Assembly (NCBI GenBank): GCA_964430105.1
Contig: CAYSEF010000005.1
Location: 183 to 64,182 of the forward strand
Length of the DNA: 64,000 nt
Reading direction: 5' to 3'
Source: an uncultured Ruminococcus sp.
GTDB taxonomy: Bacteria; Bacillota; Clostridia; Oscillospirales; CAG-272
Positions 46,553-55,834 of this stretch are shown here, piece after piece. The notes beneath the pieces were generated by a model, which made no database searches, was not told the DNA's origin, and was given only the letters and a program-made list of their open reading frames with translations. The first letter of the stretch is position 1, and every line of letters starts with the position of its first letter. A program made the position numbers and the translations under genes.

Positions 46553-47149
46553 TTAGTTTGCGGTTTTTACCATAGCGTAACGCAAAACCTTATCGCCATA
46601 CATATATCCCTGCTGAAGGACTTCGACGATCTCACCTTCTTTATACGCTTCATCTTCAACATGGAGCACTGCATTATGGAGTTCCGGATCAAATACCTCA
46701 CCGGCCACACCAAATGCTTTAATGTTCATTTTTTCAAGCGTTTCAGGGAGCTTTGAAAGTATCATCGTAAGACCTTCCGCAACTTTTTCCGCATCATCTG
46801 AGGAATATTTTGCGGCATACTGGAGATTATCGATGATTGGGAGAAGACCCGAGAGAGTATCAGAAACCGCATCGCTATAGATATTTTTGCGTTCGTTCTG
46901 AGTTCTCTTACGGAAGTTATCGTATTCTGCCGCGATTCTCAGCACCTGCTCAGACGCTTCATTTGCACGTTTGGTTTCTTCGTCGAGCTTCTTTTTCAGT
47001 TCCTCGACTTCAGCCTTGAGCTTTTTATCAGCCTTCTTATCTTTTTTGGATTCTTTTGTTTCTTCAGCTACAGCAGCTTCTTTATTTTCTTTTGTTTCCG
47101 CAGCTGTTTCTGTTTCCGGTGTATCCGGCACTTTCTTTTCTTCTGTCAT
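46553..47149 (-). CDS. grpE: nucleotide exchange factor GrpE
   Basis: 198 aa with a charged N-terminus, then the GrpE core (…AEYDNFRKRT…, C-terminal LRYAMV). Confidence 0.9.
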   Translation of the reverse strand: MTEEKKVPDTPETETAAETKENKEAAVAEETKESKKDKKADKKLKAEVEELKKKLDEETKRANEASEQVLRIAAEYDNFRKRTQNERKNIYSDAVSDTLSGLLPIIDNLQYAAKYSSDDAEKVAEGLTMILSKLPETLEKMNIKAFGVAGEVFDPELHNAVLHVEDEAYKEGEIVEVLQQGYMYGDKVLRYAMVKTAN

Positions 47150-47179
47150 TTGCTTCCTCTATTTTGGATATATTTTAAC

Positions 47180-48256
47180 TTATTCGTTTTCGTCCGACTG
47201 TTTTTTCGGCGAATCAAGAGCTTCTGCAACGCCACGCGAAAGTCTATCTATAGTTGCAATTACTCTGCCATAATCCATTCGTGTCGGACCGATTATTCCT
47301 ATCGCACCTACCGTCTGTCCATGATCGACTATTGCTTTGAACACAAGTGTCGAGTTATCCATGACCTTGACAAGATTTTCTCTGCCTATGAATACCTGAA
47401 CTCCGTCACCATGCTGTGCTTCATCAGAAAGAACTTCGAGCAAAGCCTCTTTCTTTTCAAACAGAGCAAGCATATCGCGAAGTCTGTCCATATCATAAAA
47501 TTCAGGATACGACAGCAATCGATTTATACCTTCAAAGCGAATCTCGCCACCGTCAAAAACTGAAATAGTCTCGCAAACAGCCTTGACTACAGGCGATACA
47601 AGGTAATCAAATTCGCCCATCATGCGTTCCATTTCCATCATCATCGGCAAAGTGATTTCAGATGCTGTAATACCCGTAGCCTTCTCGTTCAGAACACTTG
47701 CAAGAAGCATTGCCGCTTCTGTTGGGATAGAACGATTTGAGCGAATATACTTTGTTTTCACTATACTGCCAATGACCATTATCAGCACCAGCGTTGTTTC
47801 GTCAAGTCGCATCAGCTCATAACGAGTAACCGTGATCCTCTGCTGTCGTGGTTTAAGCGAAAGTGCAGTATAATTCGTAAGCTTTGATGCCAATGTAACC
47901 GCAGTCTGCATTATCGAGTCAAGCTCATTTTGCTTTTGATGAAGCGAATTTTGCAGTTCTGTTATCTCGCTTTGAGTGAAGTTATATTGGTCTATCAGCC
48001 AGTCAACGTAGAATCTGTAACCTGCCTCAGATGGAATTCTGCCTGCTGATGTATGTGGCTGTTCAAGATAGCCAAGCTCCTCAAGCTCTGCCATCTCATT
48101 TCGTATCGTAGCAGACGAACACGATATCTGCTTATTCTGTGTCAGAAGTTTGCTTCCAACAGGTTCGCCGTGTCTGATATGCACATCCACGATTGATTTC
48201 AGAATCAGTTTTTTTCTATCGCTGAGCTCGTCTTTTCCGTTACTCAACCTCATCAC
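47180..48256 (-). CDS. hrcA: heat-inducible transcription repressor HrcA
   Basis: 358 aa with an N-terminal wHTH (LSDRKKLILKSIVDVHIRHGEPVGSK). First gene of the operon, with CIRCE upstream. Confidence 0.9.
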   Translation of the reverse strand: MMRLSNGKDELSDRKKLILKSIVDVHIRHGEPVGSKLLTQNKQISCSSATIRNEMAELEELGYLEQPHTSAGRIPSEAGYRFYVDWLIDQYNFTQSEITELQNSLHQKQNELDSIMQTAVTLASKLTNYTALSLKPRQQRITVTRYELMRLDETTLVLIMVIGSIVKTKYIRSNRSIPTEAAMLLASVLNEKATGITASEITLPMMMEMERMMGEFDYLVSPVVKAVCETISVFDGGEIRFEGINRLLSYPEFYDMDRLRDMLALFEKKEALLEVLSDEAQHGDGVQVFIGRENLVKVMDNSTLVFKAIVDHGQTVGAIGIIGPTRMDYGRVIATIDRLSRGVAEALDSPKKQSDENE

Positions 48257-48308
48257 CTTCCTGAAATCGGTCGAATCAGTAAATTATTCGAGCGTTTCGT
48301 TATTGGAT

Positions 48309-48335
48309 TTAGCACTTAAATATATCGAGTGCTAA
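48309..48335 (-). promoter_or_regulatory. CIRCE operator (HrcA binding site)
   Basis: Minus strand TTAGCACTC-GATATATTT-AAGTGCTAA, one mismatch from TTAGCACTC-N9-GAGTGCTAA. It lies about 55 nt upstream of hrcA. Confidence 0.9.
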
Positions 48336-48495
48336 ATTCTGATAATACTTTACCATTTTGCACTCATTCATTCAAGTACAATCTTAATATTATTTGTTAA
48401 TTATTTGTGAATTCACCTGCAAATTCAAAAAAACGGTGGAATTCAGTTAGCATTCCACCGTTTAGTTTAGTTAAATTGTATGCTTTCGGTACAAG

Positions 48496-49344
48496 TCAGA
48501 TTCGCTTCTTAACGCTCACAGAAGAACACAAACAAGCTCCGAATGCGCCTATTACAGCAAAACAAAGCCACATACAGGTTTTATCCGCCGTAGCAGGTGA
48601 ATATTCCACGCTTTCAGAAACATTGTCTGGCACTCTAACAGGTGATTCGTCAGCTGCATAAGAATGTTCAGCGTAATATCCCGTTTTCTCAACATAATCT
48701 GTTCCGTGAACGACGTAAATCTCGTCAACCGCTATGTTGGCATTGCGAACAACAAATCCCATACCGCCTTCATTCACCAGAAGAACATTGTTGCGCTTTA
48801 TTTTATATTCTACATCATTATATGTAAAAATAATTTCATTCAGCACCCATGAACGAATCGGAATCTTTACGTTTACATATTCTCCACCTGCGATAGCTTC
48901 CCTCAAAACAGCATCAGGCTCATCAAAGTTGTCAACAGTTCCGTTAGCACGGATAACAAGTGCGCTGATATTTGAAGGTTCATCGCCACGACAAGTAAGA
49001 ATCGGTGCTAAATAACCGTTTTCAGTATGGATATCGGTAAATCTAAACGTAAATTCAATGGTATATGATCCTTCATCGTTTCTTTCGACTTCAGGAAATA
49101 TAACATAAACCCTTCCCGTGTCATAAGTTTCTACTTTAAGCGACTCATTCGGGCATCCTATCATTGAATTGTATGAAGTAGCAGAACCGATACTCAAACC
49201 GCTTTCAAGTATATCTGAAACTGCGCTGAAATCCTGATGATACAGCACATCACCAACCACACGTTCAGCATCCATTGCCGAAACATAAGAAAAACAGGAG
49301 ATAAGTATCACGAGTACCATTATCAACGGGTAGAATCTCTTCAT
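48496..49344 (-). CDS. secreted beta-rich protein with C-terminal SPATA motif + TM + KKRI tail (possible sortase substrate)
   Basis: Signal peptide MKRFYPLIMVLVILISCFSYVSA. The C-terminus is ...YSPATADKT-CMWLCFAVIGAFGACLCSSVSV-KKRI. A terminator lies at 48428-48466. Confidence 0.5.
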   Translation of the reverse strand: MKRFYPLIMVLVILISCFSYVSAMDAERVVGDVLYHQDFSAVSDILESGLSIGSATSYNSMIGCPNESLKVETYDTGRVYVIFPEVERNDEGSYTIEFTFRFTDIHTENGYLAPILTCRGDEPSNISALVIRANGTVDNFDEPDAVLREAIAGGEYVNVKIPIRSWVLNEIIFTYNDVEYKIKRNNVLLVNEGGMGFVVRNANIAVDEIYVVHGTDYVEKTGYYAEHSYAADESPVRVPDNVSESVEYSPATADKTCMWLCFAVIGAFGACLCSSVSVKKRI

Positions 49345-49507
49345 ACTGCCTCCTGCACATTTATTCTATGTATATATTATATAATTATATGCACATTTCG
49401 TCAAGAGTTTAATAATTATTTTGAGGTTTTTCGACCAATTACACAATTTCCAGCTATTCATTTTGGTAATTTTGCTTTTTCCACATTTTAATTAACAATA
49501 TTTCAAA

Positions 49508-49550
49508 AAAAGAGACGTTCTTCGAAATCTCGTCCGAAAAACGTCTCTCA
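49508..49550 (-). terminator. rho-independent terminator after the GH-like operon
   Basis: Minus strand AGAGACGTT...AACGTCTCT followed by TTTTTTTT. Confidence 0.75.
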
Positions 49551-49562
49551 GTTATTCTATTA

Positions 49563-52500
49563 TCACTTGCTCATCTTTTCAAAAGCAGCAAGTCTTTCTT
49601 TGTAATATTCATTGCACGTTGCATCATACAAAAGTTCAGCAGCCTTTACAGCAACACCATAGATATCAACATCGTTTGGCTGATATTTCATACCATATTG
49701 TGCTCTGTCAAGACCTATTCTTTCGTACGCGAAACGGAAATCTTCTTCTGCGCATTTACGAGCATATCTTGCGAATGTCAAATCATGCTCAGCGTAAAGC
49801 AACGACGCTCTTGCCTCGACAGTCGCAGCCATAAAGTTTGCATAAGGATCGTTGTTTGCAGGAATCTTGATATCATCCCCGTCACCGATAATGCCCTTTG
49901 TCCAAACCGCAATAGGTGCTGAAACGCAACGATATCCATCCTCAAATCTTGTACGGAGCATCCATTCGATACCATGTCTTGCTTCGTCTATCAAAGCGTA
50001 ATACAGCTCAGAGTTGCTTTCCTTTGCTTTTTCAGCAAAATCAAGAAGCTCAGTTACTGTTTCGACAGATTTACACAAATCATGCGAATAATCGTCAACA
50101 TCATGCCAACCTCCACCAATCGGTGCAAGTCTTCCGTCGGGATGAACAGCAAAGCAGTCCTCATGGCAAGGGATATGAACACCGGGAACATCATATCCAC
50201 ATCTTCTTAAACGCAATTCAACTATCTTTTCCCAAGCTGTATCCTGCCATGTTTTTTCACCACAGCAATCGCAAGCAGTTTCAGACTCGCCTTTTTCAAG
50301 TGCCAATTCTCTGAAATTAAGCACAGAGTAAGCAGACATATTCGCCTGTGCACCTGTAAGCGGATGCACAACATTGACTGAAATCACACAGTCACGAGGA
50401 ATATCGTTAATATCCCAAACAAGCTTTTTCCACTTGCCATTTGCTATCTTGAATCTCTTTGTATATGTGTCAGCCTTCTTTTCACCGTCTATTTCATCCA
50501 CATTTGTAAGCGCAAGCTCGATATTAACGCCCTGATATCCCTCACAATCAGCGCAAGCCCACACTGTAAGCTTATTCCATTCAGTTAAATCTGCCTTATC
50601 CTGTGCGACACAAAGCTCTGCTGTACCGTGATCAAGTCTTGTCTGAATCGGAATTCTCGGGCCACGAGGAGCCTCAACCGATTTTACAATAGTATTAGGA
50701 GCTGTTACCTTAATAACGCTTCCATATTCTTTATCATTGACAGCTTCTGCATAGCCGGGGCCTCTAAAGGTGAAGCCATCATAGGAATCAAGAGCACAAA
50801 TAACCTTCTTTTCGGCTGAATCCTTCGATACGCAGCAATTATCGTCGCATATTTCCGCTATCTTTGAGGCTTCAAGCCTCTTTTCACCATCACCGTAAAG
50901 GTCAGCGAGAACCCACAAAAGTCTTGATGTAGTGTGTACCCAAACTTCCTTATAAACCGCGTTATTCATTTGCGGGAAATTCGGACAGTCGTGGTCACCA
51001 TCAGTCCAAATACCTACGGGAACACCACCAACAAGCTGATGCGAGAACATTACGAACAGATCGGGATAATTATAGCCTTCACCATACATTGTGCACTGCG
51101 AGAACGGGTTCATACCGAGTATCCACTCAACCTGTCTTTGAGCTATCTTATTAAGCTCCTCGTCCTCGAGAACTCTTGCAGCCTGAGTTACACATTTTGC
51201 TTTTGTAAGGCAGGTTCCGTTATATCCACGGAAATCAGATGCAACGGGGAAAATTCTGAGGTAATATTCATCAGAAAGGCGTATACCACTTCTTATCTGA
51301 CCATCAAAATCTTCTCTGCCTCTTCCGCCGCCAAGACGATAAATTGCATTCGGAAGGAGTCCATACGGCTTTGTAAATTCAGCTATAGTCTTAATATATT
51401 CTCCGTAAAGTGCAAGACCTTCCTTCCATTTGTGTGCATCGGGATGATTCGGTGCAGCTTCGTACATACGTGCAAGACCCATAACCGGAGCCTGTTCGTG
51501 TGCACGGTGATTATATGCCATTGGTTCAGCATTTTTACTGTTTGAATTATAGAAGAAGCCTCTTATCGGCACATCCCAGTTCGGCATTTCCTGCTGCTGG
51601 CATTCAAGCACGATATTTGCAAGGATAGCGCCTTTTTTCAGTATTTCTTCGTCACCACACACTTTATAGATAGTTCCGGCTGCAACTGCGCCCTGACCTA
51701 TTGTTTGAGTATTGATACCACGCTGGAACGCTCTGAGATATGCAAAATTGAAGTCTTCAATAGCACACTTCAAGCAATATTCAGCAAATGCCGGATCAGA
51801 TTCACGGAACGCTTCATACCCTGCCGCTTCAGCACCGGCACCACAGAAATTCTCAAATGGATCATATTCAGCCGGAAGAACAAGATCGTCCATATCGCCG
51901 AGAATATTGTTTGTCCATGTACCTACACGAGTCCAGCGAGCACGATAACCGTCACCAAATCTTGTTTTAAGGCACCAATCAAGTCCCCAACGTGCTTCGT
52001 CAAGAAGTCTGTTATACATTGCAGGATCGGAATTCTTTACACGCATTGCAAGATCAATCATGGCATGAGCGGATTCTGAGGTATTGCAAAGTCCCTGCGA
52101 CATATCACCGGCATCGTGCCAACCGCCACCTGAGGAAACAAGTCTTCCGTCGGGATGCTGTGCGTATGTATCGAGGTGACATACACGGTGAACTCCTTCA
52201 ACCTCACAGCCACAGCGTTCCTGATAGAAGAAATTCATCGCCTTCCAAATAGGTGATGCATATGCCTCGTTATCTATTTGGAATTTTCCAGTTTTTTGTT
52301 CGCCTAACTTAAGCACATATTCGCCAACTTTATCGAAGCCTGTGAAATCCATTGCGACATAAGTGCCGAAATTCGTTTCCATTTTTGTTACAGGAGCAGT
52401 ATATTCCACTTCACCTGTTTTAGCATCAAGAAGCTCGAATGTATCAGCGGTTGTGTCCTGAGTATATGCAAACTTAGGCATACCGGGCTCATAACCGACA

Positions 52501-53183
52501 TGGCAGAACGCTATTCTGTCGTTAAGCTCCCAGCCTTCATAGAAATCCTCATCGACCTTTTCAAGATGGATAGGGCCAAAGTGGAATTTCTTCCAAAGAT
52601 CGCTTCCCTGCTGTCTTCCGTCTACTGTACAACGAAGCTGAATACCTATAATACGATCACGGTGAGTGTTTGGAATTTCCCATACGATATGGTTCCATTC
52701 ACCGGAATTGAGCTGTAGGATCAGTGTATCAGCAAGCAAGCCTGAACGATGAAGATCTTCTTCTCTGTCATTTACAAGTGTAATAAGGAAATACACATTA
52801 TCATAAGTAGGAAGATCAGGATATATTTCAAATGTAAGCCTGTTATATTCTCGCCAATCCTCACATGGGAACTGAACCAGAGTATGTGTATCACCGTACA
52901 CCTTCATTCGTGACATTGCAAGTCTTTCAATAGTGAACTGTGCAGGCGGGGACATTAATACGGTAGGTTTTCCGTCATACAGCACGTCACTGCTCATTTC
53001 AAGTGTACCTATTCCGCTGAGTCTTAGATTATCAAGCGAATCCATAGCATGAAGCAGTCTGCTTTCCTTAGCAGGCTTTGAATAGATACGCGTTGCATGT
53101 GCCTTTGAAAGATCCGGCTTCATTGCACGGTATGCATTTTGGCTTTGTGCCAGAAGATCCTTTAACTCTTTTGTATATGCCAT
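49563..53183 (-). CDS. cytoplasmic GH9-like protein with internal duplication (full module + truncated second module)
   Basis: 1206 aa with no signal peptide. Module 1 has a CelD_N-like Ig domain (RIAFCHVGYEPGMPKFAY...FFYQERCG) and an (alpha/alpha)6-type region with GGGWHDAGD. Module 2 (about aa 795-1206) repeats the beta-domain and the first half of the barrel, with GGGWHDVDD. Confidence 0.6.
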   Translation of the reverse strand: MAYTKELKDLLAQSQNAYRAMKPDLSKAHATRIYSKPAKESRLLHAMDSLDNLRLSGIGTLEMSSDVLYDGKPTVLMSPPAQFTIERLAMSRMKVYGDTHTLVQFPCEDWREYNRLTFEIYPDLPTYDNVYFLITLVNDREEDLHRSGLLADTLILQLNSGEWNHIVWEIPNTHRDRIIGIQLRCTVDGRQQGSDLWKKFHFGPIHLEKVDEDFYEGWELNDRIAFCHVGYEPGMPKFAYTQDTTADTFELLDAKTGEVEYTAPVTKMETNFGTYVAMDFTGFDKVGEYVLKLGEQKTGKFQIDNEAYASPIWKAMNFFYQERCGCEVEGVHRVCHLDTYAQHPDGRLVSSGGGWHDAGDMSQGLCNTSESAHAMIDLAMRVKNSDPAMYNRLLDEARWGLDWCLKTRFGDGYRARWTRVGTWTNNILGDMDDLVLPAEYDPFENFCGAGAEAAGYEAFRESDPAFAEYCLKCAIEDFNFAYLRAFQRGINTQTIGQGAVAAGTIYKVCGDEEILKKGAILANIVLECQQQEMPNWDVPIRGFFYNSNSKNAEPMAYNHRAHEQAPVMGLARMYEAAPNHPDAHKWKEGLALYGEYIKTIAEFTKPYGLLPNAIYRLGGGRGREDFDGQIRSGIRLSDEYYLRIFPVASDFRGYNGTCLTKAKCVTQAARVLEDEELNKIAQRQVEWILGMNPFSQCTMYGEGYNYPDLFVMFSHQLVGGVPVGIWTDGDHDCPNFPQMNNAVYKEVWVHTTSRLLWVLADLYGDGEKRLEASKIAEICDDNCCVSKDSAEKKVICALDSYDGFTFRGPGYAEAVNDKEYGSVIKVTAPNTIVKSVEAPRGPRIPIQTRLDHGTAELCVAQDKADLTEWNKLTVWACADCEGYQGVNIELALTNVDEIDGEKKADTYTKRFKIANGKWKKLVWDINDIPRDCVISVNVVHPLTGAQANMSAYSVLNFRELALEKGESETACDCCGEKTWQDTAWEKIVELRLRRCGYDVPGVHIPCHEDCFAVHPDGRLAPIGGGWHDVDDYSHDLCKSVETVTELLDFAEKAKESNSELYYALIDEARHGIEWMLRTRFEDGYRCVSAPIAVWTKGIIGDGDDIKIPANNDPYANFMAATVEARASLLYAEHDLTFARYARKCAEEDFRFAYERIGLDRAQYGMKYQPNDVDIYGVAVKAAELLYDATCNEYYKERLAAFEKMSK

Positions 53184-53228
53184 TTATTCTATCTCCTTGA
53201 ATTATATATCTGTTTGAATCATTTTAAT

Positions 53229-55616
53229 TTACTCAGTGATACCGAGCATTTCAAGATATCTTGCAAAGCTGATAAACTTTACGAAAGGTACAGACGCATA
53301 CATTTCCAGCTCATCATCCTGTGTACGCAGTGCCTTATCCCAAATATCCTCAAGCATCGTCATAAGCGGATACTCAACGCCATGTTCAAGTGCTTCTCTG
53401 AGCATTTGTTCAAATTTTTCTTCTGTTCTCCAAACTCTGTTGTGACCTGTCACGCTTCCGTTTTGGAGATTTCTGTCATCCCATGGGCAGTTATTGTAAT
53501 CCATAGAATGATATCTCGGAATTACCCAAATTCCTGTTCCATCAGGCCCTACCCAATCGGCAACCTCAGCATCTATCGCAGATTCATAGCCATACGGTGC
53601 CCACTGAGTTCTGTTTGAAACTGCATACAAGCCAAACGAACGAAGTATCTGTGGCATCTGAGCGTAGGTTCCGTGTTCCTGGTTATTGAACACCTTTACA
53701 TCATAGTCGCAGTTTTCCTTGATCGCCTTCATACCATAGTACATCTGACGAATATTGGATTCACCGCTGACAATAAGCGCAAACGGTTCACACCATGTAC
53801 CACCTGTTATTTCGACTGTGCCATCCTTGAGATATTTTTTCAGCTCCTCGAGATATTCAGGCTCGTTAATACCCATTCTTACCCAGCAACTTCCGCCAAC
53901 TTCCCACGCATTGGTATATCCCGGATATTTTTTGGTACGTTCCATTTCGATTTCCATTGTAGGAGTATGCTTTTCAAGCGGACGAACAAATCCATCATGA
54001 TAGCCGGATACAAAATAGAGGTACTTTCCATCTGTATTTGTAATAGGTGAAGCTCCGCACGAACCATCACATTCAAACTGGCTCTTAAGCTCCCATCCGC
54101 TTGGAGTATCGGCAAACACCTTAGCCTGAAGCGTTTCAGGGCCTTGTACGGGTTCAGCCTTACCTTGAATAAGAATAGTCTTGATTTCCCACGGACGCAT
54201 TTTGAAAGCTTTTCCGATAACGCTGACAGCTTCAAGATTATGCTTGCATTCTGTATAAACCGTATCTTCGCCACCGAATGTAAGCTCTACTTCATCAGCC
54301 TGACCTGCCCATTCAGCTATACGAAGATAAATTTTGCCCTCTCTCTCAAACAGTGCTGTTGCAATAGTAGAATTTGCTTTAATTCTAAGCAAAGAGGTTG
54401 CTTCAATAGTATTTGTACCGTCATCAATACCTGTATCTGTCGCAAATATCGGACGATTAAATTCATGTGATCTTTGAGTAAGCTCTGCTATACGCCAATC
54501 TCCTGTATACGGCAAGAAACGATAGTGATGAACGTGCTTACCGGTGAGTAACAGCTGCTGTGGTCTGCCGTAAATATAGTCATGTGGTGAGAATGAAAGT
54601 ACATGACGGCAAGAGGATTCTTCATACTCGTGACCGTATGCACATTGACCGATATTCATGTGTGCAAGACCATATCCGCTTCCCTGCAATGCAGTATAAT
54701 GCAAGCTTTCAAGTGAACGTGCTTTAGGATCTGCGTGCCATGTAAGGAAAGGCGACACATAAAGAAGCTGTGCGTTTTTCTCCTCAAGAGAATAATTCAT
54801 ACAAAGCTTTTTTTCATGCTGGAAATAATGTGTACGACGAGGTTCGGGTTCAAAATCCTTGATATCCGGACCAAAATTACAGCCATCACCATAATCAAAC
54901 TCGGTAGTTACATCGATATAACCGGAAGTCAGTGTAAAATGATGTGTATAGCTTACATCGCCAAGCTTACCTTCGAGAATAGCATGACGATTTCCTAAAT
55001 CATCAACATATGTATCCTTTACAGCAGGAGGAGCATTTCTTGAATCGAGCAATTTATTATCTACTTCAACCGTAAGATTACCGAGGAACGCTTTTTTACC
55101 ACCTACAGTTATCTCAAAAGTACCATCGGGCATAAGCTCTGCCGAATATGATTTACAGCTGTTATTCGCTACTCCCGCAGACTTTTTTGTCTTTCCGATA
55201 TAACCAAACGCCGGCACAGGTTCTCCGTTAGCATTGCATCTGCTCCATGAAAGTGCGTTTATCTCTACGTCACCGCCAAGCTTTTCGGCGATATACTTTC
55301 CTGCATCAGCCTTAATTGAATCTGCCATAGGGCCTGCTTCTTCACACCATGCAATACCCGCTTCATCCTGCATACAAACATGAACGTCATGGTTTTGGCT
55401 ATTAAGCAGTGTTTTCCATGCTTCATCAAGTCTATCGGAATAGCTGTCAGCGCCAAGCATTACTGCCATAGCTGCCGTTGTTTCAGCATCAAGCAGTTTA
55501 TTCTCGACTTCCTGTTGCATTATACGAACTCTGTCACCCCTTACACCCCACGGAAATGTTGAAACGAAGTCCTGCTGAGTGAGTTTTACTGTCGGAAAAG
55601 TCTTCTTTGCGCTCAT
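53229..55616 (-). CDS. cytoplasmic GH38-like protein with circularly permuted domain order
   Basis: 795 aa. The N-terminus resembles the GH38 middle domain (AWKTLLNSQNHD). Roughly aa 130-485 looks like the GH38 C-terminal beta region (HHYRFLPYTGDW..., ...RPWEIKTILI). Roughly aa 530-795 looks like the GH38 N-terminal catalytic domain (ITGGTWCEPFALIVSGESNIRQ..., MPQILRSFG). AAGGAGG RBS. Confidence 0.6.
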   Translation of the reverse strand: MSAKKTFPTVKLTQQDFVSTFPWGVRGDRVRIMQQEVENKLLDAETTAAMAVMLGADSYSDRLDEAWKTLLNSQNHDVHVCMQDEAGIAWCEEAGPMADSIKADAGKYIAEKLGGDVEINALSWSRCNANGEPVPAFGYIGKTKKSAGVANNSCKSYSAELMPDGTFEITVGGKKAFLGNLTVEVDNKLLDSRNAPPAVKDTYVDDLGNRHAILEGKLGDVSYTHHFTLTSGYIDVTTEFDYGDGCNFGPDIKDFEPEPRRTHYFQHEKKLCMNYSLEEKNAQLLYVSPFLTWHADPKARSLESLHYTALQGSGYGLAHMNIGQCAYGHEYEESSCRHVLSFSPHDYIYGRPQQLLLTGKHVHHYRFLPYTGDWRIAELTQRSHEFNRPIFATDTGIDDGTNTIEATSLLRIKANSTIATALFEREGKIYLRIAEWAGQADEVELTFGGEDTVYTECKHNLEAVSVIGKAFKMRPWEIKTILIQGKAEPVQGPETLQAKVFADTPSGWELKSQFECDGSCGASPITNTDGKYLYFVSGYHDGFVRPLEKHTPTMEIEMERTKKYPGYTNAWEVGGSCWVRMGINEPEYLEELKKYLKDGTVEITGGTWCEPFALIVSGESNIRQMYYGMKAIKENCDYDVKVFNNQEHGTYAQMPQILRSFGLYAVSNRTQWAPYGYESAIDAEVADWVGPDGTGIWVIPRYHSMDYNNCPWDDRNLQNGSVTGHNRVWRTEEKFEQMLREALEHGVEYPLMTMLEDIWDKALRTQDDELEMYASVPFVKFISFARYLEMLGITE

Positions 55617-55834
55617 TATGTAGTCCTCCTTTGATTTACCGGATGTAGCATTATTTATAATCTATAGTTTAATCTATCTTTGCACCGATAGATATAGCCA
55701 ATTTATACAAGCTAATAATAACATAAGCCTTCGGCATTGTCAAGACAATTTTGTAATATATGTATTATTTTTTTATTGACTGTCACAACTTTTAATAATT
55801 GAAGCAACTGAGCTTTTGTGTTAGTAAGGTTAAT

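Noticed and set aside
46518-46560. Tandem 21-nt duplication (TTATTATTGTTAGTTTG repeated with period 21) spanning the grpE stop codon in the grpE-dnaK spacer
   Set aside because: The duplication is real but small and AT-rich. It is most simply a slippage duplication of the stop-codon region. I see no evidence of function beyond slightly lengthening the intergenic spacer.
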